64,000 nucleotides of DNA, taken from contig JALEGE010000170.1 of the NCBI GenBank assembly GCA_022760335.1, positions 18,164 through 82,163 of the forward strand, read 5' to 3'. A model generated the notes under the pieces. It ran no database searches. It had not been told where the DNA came from and saw nothing but the letters and a program-made list of their open reading frames with translations. A program made the position numbers and the translations under genes. Positions 36,066 through 46,102 of the stretch are shown here, in pieces; the first letter of the stretch is position 1; every line of letters begins with the position of its first letter. This stretch comes from Hyphomonadaceae bacterium. GTDB taxonomy: Bacteria; Pseudomonadota; Alphaproteobacteria; Caulobacterales; Hyphomonadaceae.

Positions 36066-37064
36066 CTATTGCGCCGGCGGGCGCTCGACCAGTTCCACGC
36101 GGCGATTGGCGTCGCGACCTTCTTCCGAGCCATTGGAAAACACCGGCACCAGCGGGCCGACGCCATGCGGCTCCAGCCGGCCAGACGCGATCTCATAATC
36201 TTCCACTAGGGCCTCGACCACGGATTCGGCGCGGTCGCGGGAGAGATTGTTGTTATAGTCGAAGGTGCCGATGGAATCGGTGTGGCCGACAACATAGAAC
36301 AGCTTGTCCGGATTTTCATTCAGGAAGGTTGCCATGGCGCCAAGTGCCTCGGCGCTTTCCTCGGCCAACTCCGCGCTGTTGAACTCGAAGACGATGCCGT
36401 CGAGCACGACGCGTCCATATTCCTCGATATCCGAACCGATGGCTTCGGCATCCACCACCACAAGCCCGGTTTCGGGCGCCTCGACTTCCACGATGTCGAT
36501 CAGCGCGCCCATATAATTCGCCGAGTGCTGTTCCAGCGTGATCACCACATAGGCCGTGCCGGCTGCGCGTTCCTTGCGCGCCACGATAGAGCCGGCCCCG
36601 CCGGAAGAGGATGTGCCGGCAAAGATAGAGTTTTGCGGGCCCTGTTCGGTGATCGGATTTGCTCCATAGGCGACACCGATCCAGTTGGTGGAGCCGACAT
36701 CATTGCCGCGCCGGTCGGCGGAATAGCCGCTGCCGAGAATCTCGAAATCCTGGGCTTCCAGCGCTTCGAGATAATTCAAGTAAACCTCGGAAACCTCCCG
36801 GTCCTCGCCTTCCAGCGCATAGAAGGTGCGCGTCACCCGGCCTTCGGTCTCGATCCAGTCATCGATATGGCGATAGCCGGTCACCGGCCCGGTCGCGACC
36901 TTGTAGGGCATCCAGTTCTGGATGTTCTGCCAGGCAATATACTGGCCCGGATAGCGCTCGATCATCGGATGTTCCTGCACATCCTCGATATCTTCCTGGG
37001 CCAGAGCAGACGTGCTTAGCGTGAAGGCTAGCCCGCCGGCGATGAGAAGTCTGTGTAATAGCAT
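36066..37064 (-). CDS. OmpA-family protein with a DUF4892-like N-terminal domain
   Basis: ATG preceded by AAGGGTGGA. Signal peptide MLLHRLLIAGGLAFTLSTSALA. C-terminal OmpA_C domain (FEFNSAEL...VVGHTDSIGTFDYNNNLSRDRAESV...NRRVELV). Confidence 0.88.
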   Translation of the reverse strand: MLLHRLLIAGGLAFTLSTSALAQEDIEDVQEHPMIERYPGQYIAWQNIQNWMPYKVATGPVTGYRHIDDWIETEGRVTRTFYALEGEDREVSEVYLNYLEALEAQDFEILGSGYSADRRGNDVGSTNWIGVAYGANPITEQGPQNSIFAGTSSSGGAGSIVARKERAAGTAYVVITLEQHSANYMGALIDIVEVEAPETGLVVVDAEAIGSDIEEYGRVVLDGIVFEFNSAELAEESAEALGAMATFLNENPDKLFYVVGHTDSIGTFDYNNNLSRDRAESVVEALVEDYEIASGRLEPHGVGPLVPVFSNGSEEGRDANRRVELVERPPAQ

Positions 37065-37160
37065 TTTCCACCCTTTTTTTTGCAAACACCGTGCGAGAGT
37101 TCAGCTGTAATCTGTATAAAGCAAGTGTGATCGTCACGTCAGCTAAGATCGCTCCGGCGC

Positions 37161-37961
37161 CTATTGCGGCTGAGCGGCTTCACAACCCGCTTCTGAGCCC
37201 AACTCGCATGCCAACATAAAGTACGCTCCTGCGCCACTTGCATTGTCCTCGCCGCGCAGGTTTTGTGTTAATAGGCCTGCCGTGTAGCAGCTCTCAGCAT
37301 CGCGCATGCCGCAACTCGCCTGTGCATATCCGAGCGCGCGCAGCGGAATTGCCGGCAAGTCGTACTGCCCGGTGGAATAGATGTTCATGAGTGTCTTGCA
37401 CGCCCAAGGATCGCCGAGATCACACCCCTTATCCATTAGCTCCGCGCCGCGCTCGACATCACGCGATCCACCATCACCATTAAACACATAACGGCCATAA
37501 TTCGCACATCCATACGCATCGTCCATGTCGCAAGCGCGCCGCGCGTAGGAGCGGGCAAGAGCCGGATCGGCATCAACGCCCTTACCTTTCTCATACATAT
37601 GGCCGATGCGTGAGCAAGCTACCGGCTCGTCGCGATTGCAGGCGGCGGCGAAATAGATAAACGCCGTGCCGAAATCGACTGTGTGGCCGTCACCGAAATA
37701 ATAAAGTTCAGCCAGGCGCGCACAGCTCATGCCGTCATCCAGATCGCAGCCCTGCTGAAAGATCTCGCGGGCGCGATCGAAATCCGGCGGGTCCATGGTG
37801 CGTGCGAAATAATAACCGGCATCGCCGCAATATTCGCCCTGCCAACCCTCGCAAGCCTCGAGTGCGGCGACGACATGGTCTGGCAACGCCGACTCACTGT
37901 GCCCCTGGAGTGGAAGTAGGAATGTGAAGATCAGGGCGAACAGCACATGTTTGAACATCAA
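37161..37961 (-). CDS. Cys-rich Sel1-like repeat protein (Hcp / beta-lactamase HcpA-like family), exported
   Basis: Signal peptide MMFKHVLFALIFTFLLPLQGHS. Repeated units of about 36 aa, each with a paired Cys (GCDLDDGMSCARLAELY, ACNRDEPVACSRIGHMY, ACDMDDAYGCANYGRY, GCDLGDPWACKTL). Confidence 0.85.
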   Translation of the reverse strand: MMFKHVLFALIFTFLLPLQGHSESALPDHVVAALEACEGWQGEYCGDAGYYFARTMDPPDFDRAREIFQQGCDLDDGMSCARLAELYYFGDGHTVDFGTAFIYFAAACNRDEPVACSRIGHMYEKGKGVDADPALARSYARRACDMDDAYGCANYGRYVFNGDGGSRDVERGAELMDKGCDLGDPWACKTLMNIYSTGQYDLPAIPLRALGYAQASCGMRDAESCYTAGLLTQNLRGEDNASGAGAYFMLACELGSEAGCEAAQPQ

Positions 37962-38096
37962 TATATTTTCCGATTTTAAAGGCAGGTTGCAGAGCTGGGT
38001 CAGTTGGATCTTATGACGTGGATTGTGCAGCGACTACCCTTCCAGGCGATTGGTGGTGTATCGCGTGTACCCGCCTGAGCTGATAAACTGTGGCGA

Positions 38097-39989
38097 ATGG
38101 CTGATTCTCTCCGTCCCCGTCCCCAAATCCGCCGGTTGCCGGCCGATGCGGTCAACCGTATTGCCGCTGGTGAGGTGGTGGAACGCCCGGCCGCCGCGGT
38201 GAAAGAGCTTGTCGAGAATGCGCTTGATGCCGGCGCGCGGCAGATTTCGATCGCCATCGAAAATGGCGGGTTGAAGCGTCTCGCCGTGGAAGATGATGGC
38301 TGCGGCATGGACGAGGCCGATCTCCTGATCGCGCTCGACCGGCATGCGACCTCCAAGCTTGCCCCCGGCCCGGATGGGCTGATCGACCTGCTCAACATTC
38401 ACACCATGGGCTTTCGCGGCGAGGCGCTGCCCTCCATCGGCTCGGTCTCGCGCATGACGTTGACGTCAAAGGCACCCGGGTGCGATGCGGCGGAAGTGTT
38501 CGTCGAAGGCGGGCGGATCGAAGGGCCCAAGCCCGCGCCCTGGACCGGACGCGGCGACACCGGCACACGAATCGAAGTGCGCGATATCTTTTTCGCGACA
38601 CCAGCGCGGCTGAAATTCATGAAGTCCGAGCGCGCCGAGACCATGGCGGTGACCGATGCGGTCAAGCGTCTGGCCATGTCGCGCGCTGATATTGGCTTTG
38701 CCTTGGAGAGCAATGGCCGCTCTGTCTTCCGCCATGCCGCAGAAGCCGGTGATGCGGCCAGCGCGCGGCTTGCCCGGCTCGGCGCGATCATGGGCCGGGA
38801 GTTTCGCGAAAATGCGATTGAAATCGAGGCTGAACGCGATGGCGTGACCGTCTCCGGCTTTGCCGGCCTGCCGACGCTTAATCGCGGCAATGCCCAGATG
38901 CAGTTCCTGTTCGTGAACGGACGGCCGGTGAAGGACCGTATGCTGAATGGCGTCATCCGTGCGGCCTATCAGGACTTCCTGGCGCGCGATCGACACCCCA
39001 TGGCGGCCCTCTTTGTCCATCTCGATCCGGAATGGGTGGATGTAAATGTGCACCCGGCCAAGACCGAAGTGCGCTTCCGCGATTCGGGCAATGTCCGTGG
39101 CCTGATCATCGGTGCGCTTCGGCATTCTCTGGCGGCAGCCGGGCATCGCGCCAGCACCACTGTGGCGGGCTTTGCGCTCGGAAAGGCTCAGGCTGAGCGA
39201 GCGCCGGAGCCTGATACACGGTTGATCTGGGACCGCCCTGCGACACCAGCCAGTGCCGCACCCGCCCTGCCGCAAGGCCGCCTGCAGGGCGATTATAGCC
39301 CGCGTGGTGGCTTCAGCGCGCCGGCGCGTCCGGACTATATGCCCGAATCCGATGCCGCCCCCACCGCGCGCGTCGAGCCTGATCCTGGGGCAGATCATCC
39401 AGCCTCTGACTATCCCCTGGGCGTCGCCCGCGCGCAGCTGCATGAGACCTATATCGTCGCGCAGACTGCGGATGGCATTGTGATTGTCGATCAGCATGCC
39501 GCACATGAGCGCCTCGTCTATGAGGATATGAAACGGCAAATGGCGGCGGGCGGCGTGAAACGGCAGGCTCTGCTCATTCCCGATATTGTCGAGCTGACCG
39601 AGGATGAGGCTGCCCGGGTGCTGGAGCGTGCCGAAGAGCTCTCTGAACTCGGCCTCGAAATCGAGCCTTTTGGTCCCGGCGCGATCTGCGTGCGCGCCAC
39701 GCCTGCGCTCTTCGGGCAGATGGATGCGGCCGGCCTGATCCGCGACCTGGCCGATGATTTCGCTGAGTATGAAGCTGGGTTGGCACTGAAGGAACGGTTT
39801 GAGGACGTGATGGGCAACATGGCCTGCCGCGGCAGCGTCCGCGCCGGCCGCCGCCTGACCGGCGAGGAGATGAATGCCCTTCTGCGCCAGATGGAAGCCA
39901 CGCCGCATTCCGGCCAGTGCAATCATGGCCGGCCGACCTATGTCGAGCTGAAACTGGCCGATGTTGAGCGCCTGTTCGGACGGCGTTGA
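38097..39989 (+). CDS. mutL: DNA mismatch repair protein MutL
   Basis: 630 aa. GHKL ATPase N-terminus ([25 protein letters not shown]) and the C-terminal endonuclease-type motif [12 protein letters not shown]. Confidence 0.96.
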   Translation: MADSLRPRPQIRRLPADAVNRIAAGEVVERPAAAVKELVENALDAGARQISIAIENGGLKRLAVEDDGCGMDEADLLIALDRHATSKLAPGPDGLIDLLNIHTMGFRGEALPSIGSVSRMTLTSKAPGCDAAEVFVEGGRIEGPKPAPWTGRGDTGTRIEVRDIFFATPARLKFMKSERAETMAVTDAVKRLAMSRADIGFALESNGRSVFRHAAEAGDAASARLARLGAIMGREFRENAIEIEAERDGVTVSGFAGLPTLNRGNAQMQFLFVNGRPVKDRMLNGVIRAAYQDFLARDRHPMAALFVHLDPEWVDVNVHPAKTEVRFRDSGNVRGLIIGALRHSLAAAGHRASTTVAGFALGKAQAERAPEPDTRLIWDRPATPASAAPALPQGRLQGDYSPRGGFSAPARPDYMPESDAAPTARVEPDPGADHPASDYPLGVARAQLHETYIVAQTADGIVIVDQHAAHERLVYEDMKRQMAAGGVKRQALLIPDIVELTEDEAARVLERAEELSELGLEIEPFGPGAICVRATPALFGQMDAAGLIRDLADDFAEYEAGLALKERFEDVMGNMACRGSVRAGRRLTGEEMNALLRQMEATPHSGQCNHGRPTYVELKLADVERLFGRR

Positions 39990-40074
39990 GGCGCCGGTCC
40001 TGCGAGTTTTCTTTGCTTTCAGTTAATAAAATACACGTAGTTCTTGTGGGGAGAAATTACGGGGTCCAACCGCA

Positions 40075-40440
40075 ATGAAACACTGCCTGATCGTTGATGA
40101 CAGCCGCGTCGTACGCAAGGTCGCTGGCCGGATTGTCGCCAATATGCAGTTCGAGATTTCCGAGGCCGCCGATGGCGCCGAGGCGCTGGAAGCCTGCCGG
40201 AAATCCATGCCTGATGTCATTCTCCTGGACTGGAACATGCCTGTGATGAACGGGCTGGATTTCCTGCGCGCGCTGCGCCGGGAGACAGGCGGAAAAGATC
40301 CGAAAGTCGTATTCTGCTCCACCGAAACCGATCGGGACCATATTACCGAAGCCCTGCGTTCCGGGGCGGATGAGTTCGTGATGAAACCATTCGATACAGA
40401 CATCCTCGAATCCAAATTCGCCGAAGTCGGCCTCGTTTGA
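40075..40440 (+). CDS. Single-domain CheY-like response regulator
   Basis: 121 aa. Acidic pocket DD, phospho-acceptor D in ILLDWNMP, conserved K in MKPF. Confidence 0.9.
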   Translation: MKHCLIVDDSRVVRKVAGRIVANMQFEISEAADGAEALEACRKSMPDVILLDWNMPVMNGLDFLRALRRETGGKDPKVVFCSTETDRDHITEALRSGADEFVMKPFDTDILESKFAEVGLV

Positions 40441-40510
40441 CGCTTTATTAAGACCAGTTGCAGCAGGGTTAAGGTCAACTCAGCGCTGCTTCGACGTCAG
40501 GGGATCCTTT

Positions 40511-41356
40511 ATGCAGGAAGCAACCTTCAATGCCCTTGCGGACCTGGCTCTGTCCAAGACTGGACAGTCCATTTCCCCCTCCAAGGCGTATCTGATTGAA
40601 GCGCGGCTTTCCAATATCTTGCGCCGGGAGGGCTTTGCATCCTGCGATGATCTGGTCGCCTGCCTGGACGCGCGCCCCAATCCGAATTTCGAGATGGAAA
40701 TCGCCGCGGCGCTGCAAACGCGCCAGACCTGGTTTTTCCGCGATCGCGATACGCTGGAGCGTCTGGTCAGCGATGTGCTTCCGCAAAAGTTGAAACAGTC
40801 CAAGGCTGGTCGGCTGAAGATCCTGTGTGTGGGCGTGTCCACCGGTCAGGAAGCCTATTCTCTGGCCATCCTGCTTAATGAGCATGCCCAGGCCCTCTCC
40901 GGGGCGCGCATTGACGTGACAGCAACCGATATTTGCAAACAGTCTCTGACCACGGCGCGCGCGGGCACATACGGCCATTTCGAGATCCAGCGTGGCCTTT
41001 CAGTGCACCGTCTGATGCGCCATTTCGACCAGCTGGAAACCGGCCAGTGGCAGGCCAGCGAGGATCTGCGCCTGGCCATCGGTTTCCGTCAGCACAATCT
41101 GCTTGATGCTGATGCACCACTCGGCCAGTTCGATCTCATTCTCTGCCGACACGTGCTTTCGAGCATGAGCAAATCCATGCGTGCCAAGGCGGCCGATCTC
41201 TTGACGCAAAAATTGACGCCCGGGGGCTTGTTGTTTCTCGGCCATGGCGAGACGCTGAGCGGTTCCAGCCCGGCCTTTGAACCTTCGCGCAGTCATCGGG
41301 GTGGCTGGGAAGTCGTGCCTGAAGCGCGCCGTGCAGAGACCCGCACGGCTGTCTGA
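40511..41356 (+). CDS. cheR: CheR-type protein-glutamate O-methyltransferase
   Basis: 281 aa. CheR N-domain plus the SAM domain LKILCVGVSTGQEAYSLAILL and FDLILCRHVL. Confidence 0.88.
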   Translation: MQEATFNALADLALSKTGQSISPSKAYLIEARLSNILRREGFASCDDLVACLDARPNPNFEMEIAAALQTRQTWFFRDRDTLERLVSDVLPQKLKQSKAGRLKILCVGVSTGQEAYSLAILLNEHAQALSGARIDVTATDICKQSLTTARAGTYGHFEIQRGLSVHRLMRHFDQLETGQWQASEDLRLAIGFRQHNLLDADAPLGQFDLILCRHVLSSMSKSMRAKAADLLTQKLTPGGLLFLGHGETLSGSSPAFEPSRSHRGGWEVVPEARRAETRTAV

Positions 41357-41461
41357 ACCAGCGGCTGACAGCGCCCCGTGCTTTGAATTCTGGTCCATCT
41401 CGCCTAAATAGCGCCCTCAGACAGAGCTGCGCCGGGCCTTGACCCCGGCTGGAGACGAGAC

Positions 41462-42649
41462 ATGAGCATCGCGAACACCGCCGCCTCAGGGGCTGGTGGA
41501 CTGAATTCATTGGGCTTTGCCAAACCCCCTGCGGAAACCCGCGTTGTGGCCGCCATGTCTGGTGGGGTCGACAGTTCCGTGGTCGCCGCCCTGCTCGCCG
41601 ATCAGGGTTATGATGTGGTGGGCATCACGTTGCAGCTTTATGATCATGGTGAAGCGGTGCGCCGGAAAGGGGCCTGCTGCGCCGGGCAGGACATCCATGA
41701 TGCACGCAATGTGGCCGATCAGATCGGCATTCCGCATTATGTGCTGGATTATGAGAGCCGGTTTCGCGACCAGGTGATGGAAGACTTCGCCGACACCTAT
41801 CTGGCCGGTTCGACGCCAATTCCCTGCATTCGCTGCAATCAAACCGTAAAATTCGCGGACTTGCTGGCCACGGCCAGGGATCTCGGCGCCGATTGCCTCG
41901 CCACGGGCCATTATATCCGACGCGTGGAAGGCGCGAATGGGCCGGAGCTGCACCGCGCCCATGATGACAGCCGCGACCAGTCCTATTTCCTGTTCGCCAC
42001 CACAGCGGAGCAGCTGGGCTATCTGCGCTTCCCGCTCGGCGGTCTGCCGAAGACTGAAGTGCGGGCGCTGGCGGAGAAGTATAATCTGCCGGTGGCGACC
42101 AAGCCCGACAGCCAGGATATCTGTTTCGTGCCGGACGGCAATTATGCCGAAGTGGTGAAACGCCTGCGGCCCGGCGCGGGGCGTGGCGGCGAGATTGTGC
42201 ACATGGATGGCCGCGTGCTGGGCACCCATAATGGCGTGATCCACTATACAGTGGGCCAGCGGCGCGGCCTCGGCATCGCCACGGGCGAGCCGCTCTATGT
42301 CGTGAAGATCGATGCGCCAAAGCGGCAAGTGGTTGTCGGACCGCAGGAGGCGCTGGCGACTGTGGGCCTGACCTTGAGCGAGCTCAATTGGCTCGGTGGT
42401 GGGACGTTTGAGGTGGCCTGCAAGGCGGAACGCCCCGTTCTGGCTCGCGTGCGCTCGACCCGCGCGCCCGTGCCGGCGCGGCTGGGGTATCGCGATGGGC
42501 AGCCGGCAGTGTTCTTCGACGCGCCGGAACATGGCGTTGCGCGCGGCCAGGCTTGCGCACTCTATGATCCGGACGGGGAGACCCGCGTGCTTGGCGGCGG
42601 CTTCATCGCCAGTACGTTCGGGGTGGTGGACACGCCTGCGGCGGCTTAA
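41462..42649 (+). CDS. mnmA: tRNA 2-thiouridine(34) synthase
   Basis: PP-loop [14 protein letters not shown] and catalytic Cys motifs ([14 protein letters not shown]). Confidence 0.96.
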   Translation: MSIANTAASGAGGLNSLGFAKPPAETRVVAAMSGGVDSSVVAALLADQGYDVVGITLQLYDHGEAVRRKGACCAGQDIHDARNVADQIGIPHYVLDYESRFRDQVMEDFADTYLAGSTPIPCIRCNQTVKFADLLATARDLGADCLATGHYIRRVEGANGPELHRAHDDSRDQSYFLFATTAEQLGYLRFPLGGLPKTEVRALAEKYNLPVATKPDSQDICFVPDGNYAEVVKRLRPGAGRGGEIVHMDGRVLGTHNGVIHYTVGQRRGLGIATGEPLYVVKIDAPKRQVVVGPQEALATVGLTLSELNWLGGGTFEVACKAERPVLARVRSTRAPVPARLGYRDGQPAVFFDAPEHGVARGQACALYDPDGETRVLGGGFIASTFGVVDTPAAA

Positions 42650-42692
42650 TCGCCCCCCCCTACTTATTAGCTTGGGGCCTCTATCTCCGTAA

Positions 42693-42712
42693 ATGCCTGC
42701 GAAAGCAGGCAT
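42693..42712. repeat. Short palindromic unit ATGCCTGC-GAAA-GCAGGCAT
   Basis: It shares the core CCTGCGAARGCAGG with the units at 1857, 10484 and 42764. Confidence 0.6.
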
Positions 42713-42760
42713 CCAGGGACGAAAGACGCAACCAAGTGCTCCCGGTTGAGAGATAGGTCA

Positions 42761-42790
42761 ATGGATACCTGCCTTCGCAGGTATCTGCGG
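42761..42790. repeat. REP-like unit ATGGATACCTGCCTTCGCAGGTATCTGCGG
   Basis: Its reverse complement CCGCAGATACCTGCGAAGGCAGGTATCCAT matches the sequence at the left ends of both IS relics (1852-1881, 10479-10508), except at the two compensatory stem positions. Confidence 0.75.
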
Positions 42791-42818
42791 ACATTAGCAG
42801 GCCTCCTCTGGTCGAAAA

Positions 42819-42928
42819 CTACCCGTCCACCGGCCCCGTCACCTCGTCGATCGGGATGGAATAGTGCCGGTTGCAGAACTAACAGTTGATCGAGAGCGTG
42901 CCATCGGGCTCGACCATGTCGCGCAGGC
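42819..42928 (-). pseudogene. Duplicated fragment of the hslO 3' end (last ~36 codons) with a premature stop
   Basis: Aligns with 44165-44274 with about 8 mismatches in 110 nt. ctggca becomes ctaaca, turning the CQFC zinc-motif codon into a stop. The repeat begins exactly at the stop codon. Confidence 0.85.
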
Positions 42929-43089
42929 GATCTGAAGCGAAATCCGTTCCGCATCGGTGAGCAGTGCGAATTGAATTCAATCTAAGGGTTAATTGAAAAT
43001 TGAACTGATTCAGGGTGGTGATATCGGGGGAGACATAAAACCGTCACTTGGTTGAGGTGCTAACCCTTGTTAAGGCCAAATCGATTTTC

Positions 43090-44073
43090 ATGTCAGAGGG
43101 GATGATCGTGAGAACTGTAATAAATACTGCAGTGGTTTCGGGTCTGGCGGTTTTGGTTGCTGGGTGCACCGTGTCTCCAGAACTGATGGAAACACTGAAT
43201 ACACCTCCGATGGCGCGCGGCGCACTTTTGGAGAGCGAAGAGATCCGCTCTTTCACTTTCCCGAAGCAGGATTACGACGGTAAACCGGTCACGCGTAGTG
43301 ACATCCAAGCTGCAATCGAGCGCTCATTCATCAATGAAAGCAAGTTCGATCCCTTGCAAAGGGGTCGCCCCGTTGGGTGTGCCGGATCACGGATTCCAAC
43401 CCTCACACGTGGTGTCATGTTTGGCTTTGATGATGCCGATCAGCGTCAGTTCAACAGAGATATGCCGAGTATATTCGAAGCGCGGTACCAGAACTATACG
43501 CGCTATGGGACCGCAAATGTGGTCCAAGGTTCCTCGATCAATATCGAATTTGCGGTCGATTATGGTGAAACAGACGATCAGTATACTGCCTCTTTCAGAT
43601 TGTGGCGGCCAGCCAGCGAGAAGAATTCGACAAGCTTTGATCCCTCATGTGGCAGGATAAACCCGCTTGGAACTGTTGAAGAGATTCAGGCCGATGCAGT
43701 TGGTGCCATCACAAAGATGAACCCGGCCATTGTCCGCCGCAAACTGATTTCCGGTGAACTGGACGTTCCGTTCCCGTCTGAATCCGTCGCTGCATCCTTT
43801 ACGCGGTTCTGGGATGAATTGCCTGCCCGGGAAGTTGTGGCCAGCTTTGGAAGCGAAGCAGGCAAACTACCTGCTGACGGTGCCACATATTCCGTGGAGT
43901 TGAACAAGATTACACATCCTGTTCACATCACAGTGTACCCTTATCGTGATGGCTCAAAGGTCGTTTACAACGCAAACTACGGCTACGAGATGACCGGCAG
44001 TGGTGACATGACCTATAGTGAAGATGGCATCGCCGCGATCGAAGAGGCCATTAGAGACGTGGCTTTCGATTAA
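43090..44073 (+). CDS. Hypothetical lipoprotein (cassette between the hslO repeats)
   Basis: TVINTAVVSGLAVLVAGC lipobox near the N-terminus. AT-richer than the flanks. No family recognised. The start is uncertain: ATG at 43090 or 43102, or GTG at 43108; the track uses a TTG at 43048. Confidence 0.7.
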   Translation: MSEGMIVRTVINTAVVSGLAVLVAGCTVSPELMETLNTPPMARGALLESEEIRSFTFPKQDYDGKPVTRSDIQAAIERSFINESKFDPLQRGRPVGCAGSRIPTLTRGVMFGFDDADQRQFNRDMPSIFEARYQNYTRYGTANVVQGSSINIEFAVDYGETDDQYTASFRLWRPASEKNSTSFDPSCGRINPLGTVEEIQADAVGAITKMNPAIVRRKLISGELDVPFPSESVAASFTRFWDELPAREVVASFGSEAGKLPADGATYSVELNKITHPVHITVYPYRDGSKVVYNANYGYEMTGSGDMTYSEDGIAAIEEAIRDVAFD

Positions 44074-44164
44074 GTAGAAGATTCTCAATCCAGAATGGCA
44101 CCTTCTCTAACAAGGAGGTGCGAAGACGACATTTTAGGGTTGCATAAGCAAGGAAGGCCAGCCC

Positions 44165-45121
44165 TTACCCGTCCACAGGCCCCGTCACTTCATCGATCGG
44201 GATGGAATAGTGCCGGTTGCAGAACTGGCAGTTGATCGAGAGGGTGCCATCGGGCTCCACCATGTCGCGCAGGCCGGCATCCGAGAGGCCCTGCAGTGTC
44301 GCGCGCAGGCGGTCTTCATTGCAGCTGCAGGCATCCTTCAGGGCCATGGGCTCGGCCATGCGCACGCCGGTCTCGTGGAACAGGCGGTAGAGCAGGCGGT
44401 CGGGCGCGAGATCTGGCGAGATCAGCTCGGCATCGGTGATGGTCCCGAACAGGGCCTTGGCCGTCTCCCAGGCCTCTTCGGTGTCGCCGCGCGCATCATC
44501 GCCGGCCATCTGCTGCAACAGGAGGCCGCCGCCGCGCCAGCCACCGCCTTCACCACCCGGTACGGTGAGTTCACCCACTCCCAGGGAGATGCGCGAAGCG
44601 ACCTGCTCTGATTGCGCGAAATAGTCTTCCGCACATTCGGCCAGGGTGCCTTTGGCGAGGGGCACGATACCACGATAGGGGTGCATGCTCGGGTCGTCAT
44701 GCACGATGATCAGGCCGAGCGCGCCGTTTGAGCCAAAGAGCTGGGGCATGTGTGGGCGCGCGCCCTTGTTCACGCGCATCAGCTTGTCCCATTTCTCCTC
44801 ATCCTTGCGAATATAGCCGCGCAGATCGCCCTCAACGGTATATTCGGCAACCAATAGCGACACCGGACCATTGCCTTCGGCCTGGACCAGCACCTTGCCC
44901 TCGAACTTCATGCCTGAGCCGACCAGGGCGGCGAGCATCAGCGCCTCGCCGAGCAGGCGGGCCAGCTCAGGATGATAGTCATGGCGCGTCAGGATCGGGT
45001 CGAGCGTTTCCGCGCCGAGGCGCGTGATGCGCCCGCGCACAGGCTCGCCATCAATCTGGAAAGCGGCCACCATGTCCTCGGTGGGGCCGGGGATTGCCCC
45101 TAGAGTTTGTTGAGACACCAT
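44165..45121 (-). CDS. hslO: Hsp33 family redox-regulated chaperone
   Basis: 318 aa. C-terminal zinc centre CSCN...CQFCN. An alternative start at 45073 would remove the 22-nt overlap with argF. Confidence 0.93.
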   Translation of the reverse strand: MVSQQTLGAIPGPTEDMVAAFQIDGEPVRGRITRLGAETLDPILTRHDYHPELARLLGEALMLAALVGSGMKFEGKVLVQAEGNGPVSLLVAEYTVEGDLRGYIRKDEEKWDKLMRVNKGARPHMPQLFGSNGALGLIIVHDDPSMHPYRGIVPLAKGTLAECAEDYFAQSEQVASRISLGVGELTVPGGEGGGWRGGGLLLQQMAGDDARGDTEEAWETAKALFGTITDAELISPDLAPDRLLYRLFHETGVRMAEPMALKDACSCNEDRLRATLQGLSDAGLRDMVEPDGTLSINCQFCNRHYSIPIDEVTGPVDG

Positions 45122-46032
45122 TTCAGGATCGCCTTCTGGGCATGTACGCGGTTTTCCGCTTCGTCGAACACCAGCGATTGCGGACCGTCGATCACTTCAG
45201 CGTCTACCTCCTCACCCCGATGGGCGGGCAGGCAGTGCAGGAACCGGGCGGTCGGCTTCGCAAGCTCCATCAGATCGGTCGTCACGGCATAATCTTCAAG
45301 CAGGTCGAGGCGCTGGTCTGCATCTGCATCGCCCATGGAGACGAAAGTGTCGGCGATCACCACATCCGCGCCGGCCACAGCCTCCTCGGCGGTGTCATAA
45401 AGATGCACACGGGCCTGCAAGTCCTGGGCGGCTTCGACGTCTTCCTCATCAGGGGCATAGCGGGAAGGCGTGCCGATGGTCAGCTTGAAGCCGAACTTGG
45501 TCGCGGCATGAATGAAGCTGGTGCAGACATTGTTGCCATCGCCGACCCAGGCGAGATGCGCGCTGGCGAGATCAATACCGTGCTCTTCCAGCGTCATCAG
45601 ATCGGCCAGGATCTGGCAGGGATGGGAGCGATCGGTGAGCCCATTGATCACCGGCACGCTGGCGGCGGCGGCGAGCGCCTCGACATCGGCATGGTCATTG
45701 GCGCGGATCATGATGGCATCGACATAGCGCGAGAGGACGCGGGCGGTGTCCTCCACCGTCTCGCCGCGGCCGAGCTGCATCTCACCGGCGCGCGCGACAA
45801 TCGCACTGCCGCCAAGTTGGTGCATGCCGACCTCGAAGGAAAAGCGCGTGCGGGTGGAGGCTTTCTCGAAGATCATCGCCAGCATGTGGCCAGCCAGCGG
45901 CGCGCCAGCATCCACTTCGCCCTTCAGGCGGCCCTGCCGGGCGCGCTTGGTGGTCAGCGCATCGTCGAGAATGGTGCGCAGGTCTGCGGCGGGAATATCG
46001 ATCAGATCGAGAAAGTCACGTTTGCTCATCAT
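45100..46032 (-). CDS. argF: Ornithine carbamoyltransferase
   Basis: [22 protein letters not shown] and [11 protein letters not shown] motifs. Start at [10 protein letters not shown]; the track ORF runs 13 codons longer. Confidence 0.95.
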   Translation of the reverse strand: MMSKRDFLDLIDIPAADLRTILDDALTTKRARQGRLKGEVDAGAPLAGHMLAMIFEKASTRTRFSFEVGMHQLGGSAIVARAGEMQLGRGETVEDTARVLSRYVDAIMIRANDHADVEALAAAASVPVINGLTDRSHPCQILADLMTLEEHGIDLASAHLAWVGDGNNVCTSFIHAATKFGFKLTIGTPSRYAPDEEDVEAAQDLQARVHLYDTAEEAVAGADVVIADTFVSMGDADADQRLDLLEDYAVTTDLMELAKPTARFLHCLPAHRGEEVDAEVIDGPQSLVFDEAENRVHAQKAILKWCLNKL

Positions 46033-46102
46033 GGGACTCCCAAAACGCGACCCTATTGCGGTCGCGGGCAATTTTGCAATGCAAGGCAGCAGGTAACTGT
46101 GG

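Noticed and set aside
38466-39926. 486-aa minus-strand ORF
   Set aside because: It lies antisense to mutL.
41507-42712. 401-aa minus-strand ORF
   Set aside because: It lies antisense to mnmA. Its N-terminus (MPAFAGIY) is simply the translation of a REP-like palindrome.
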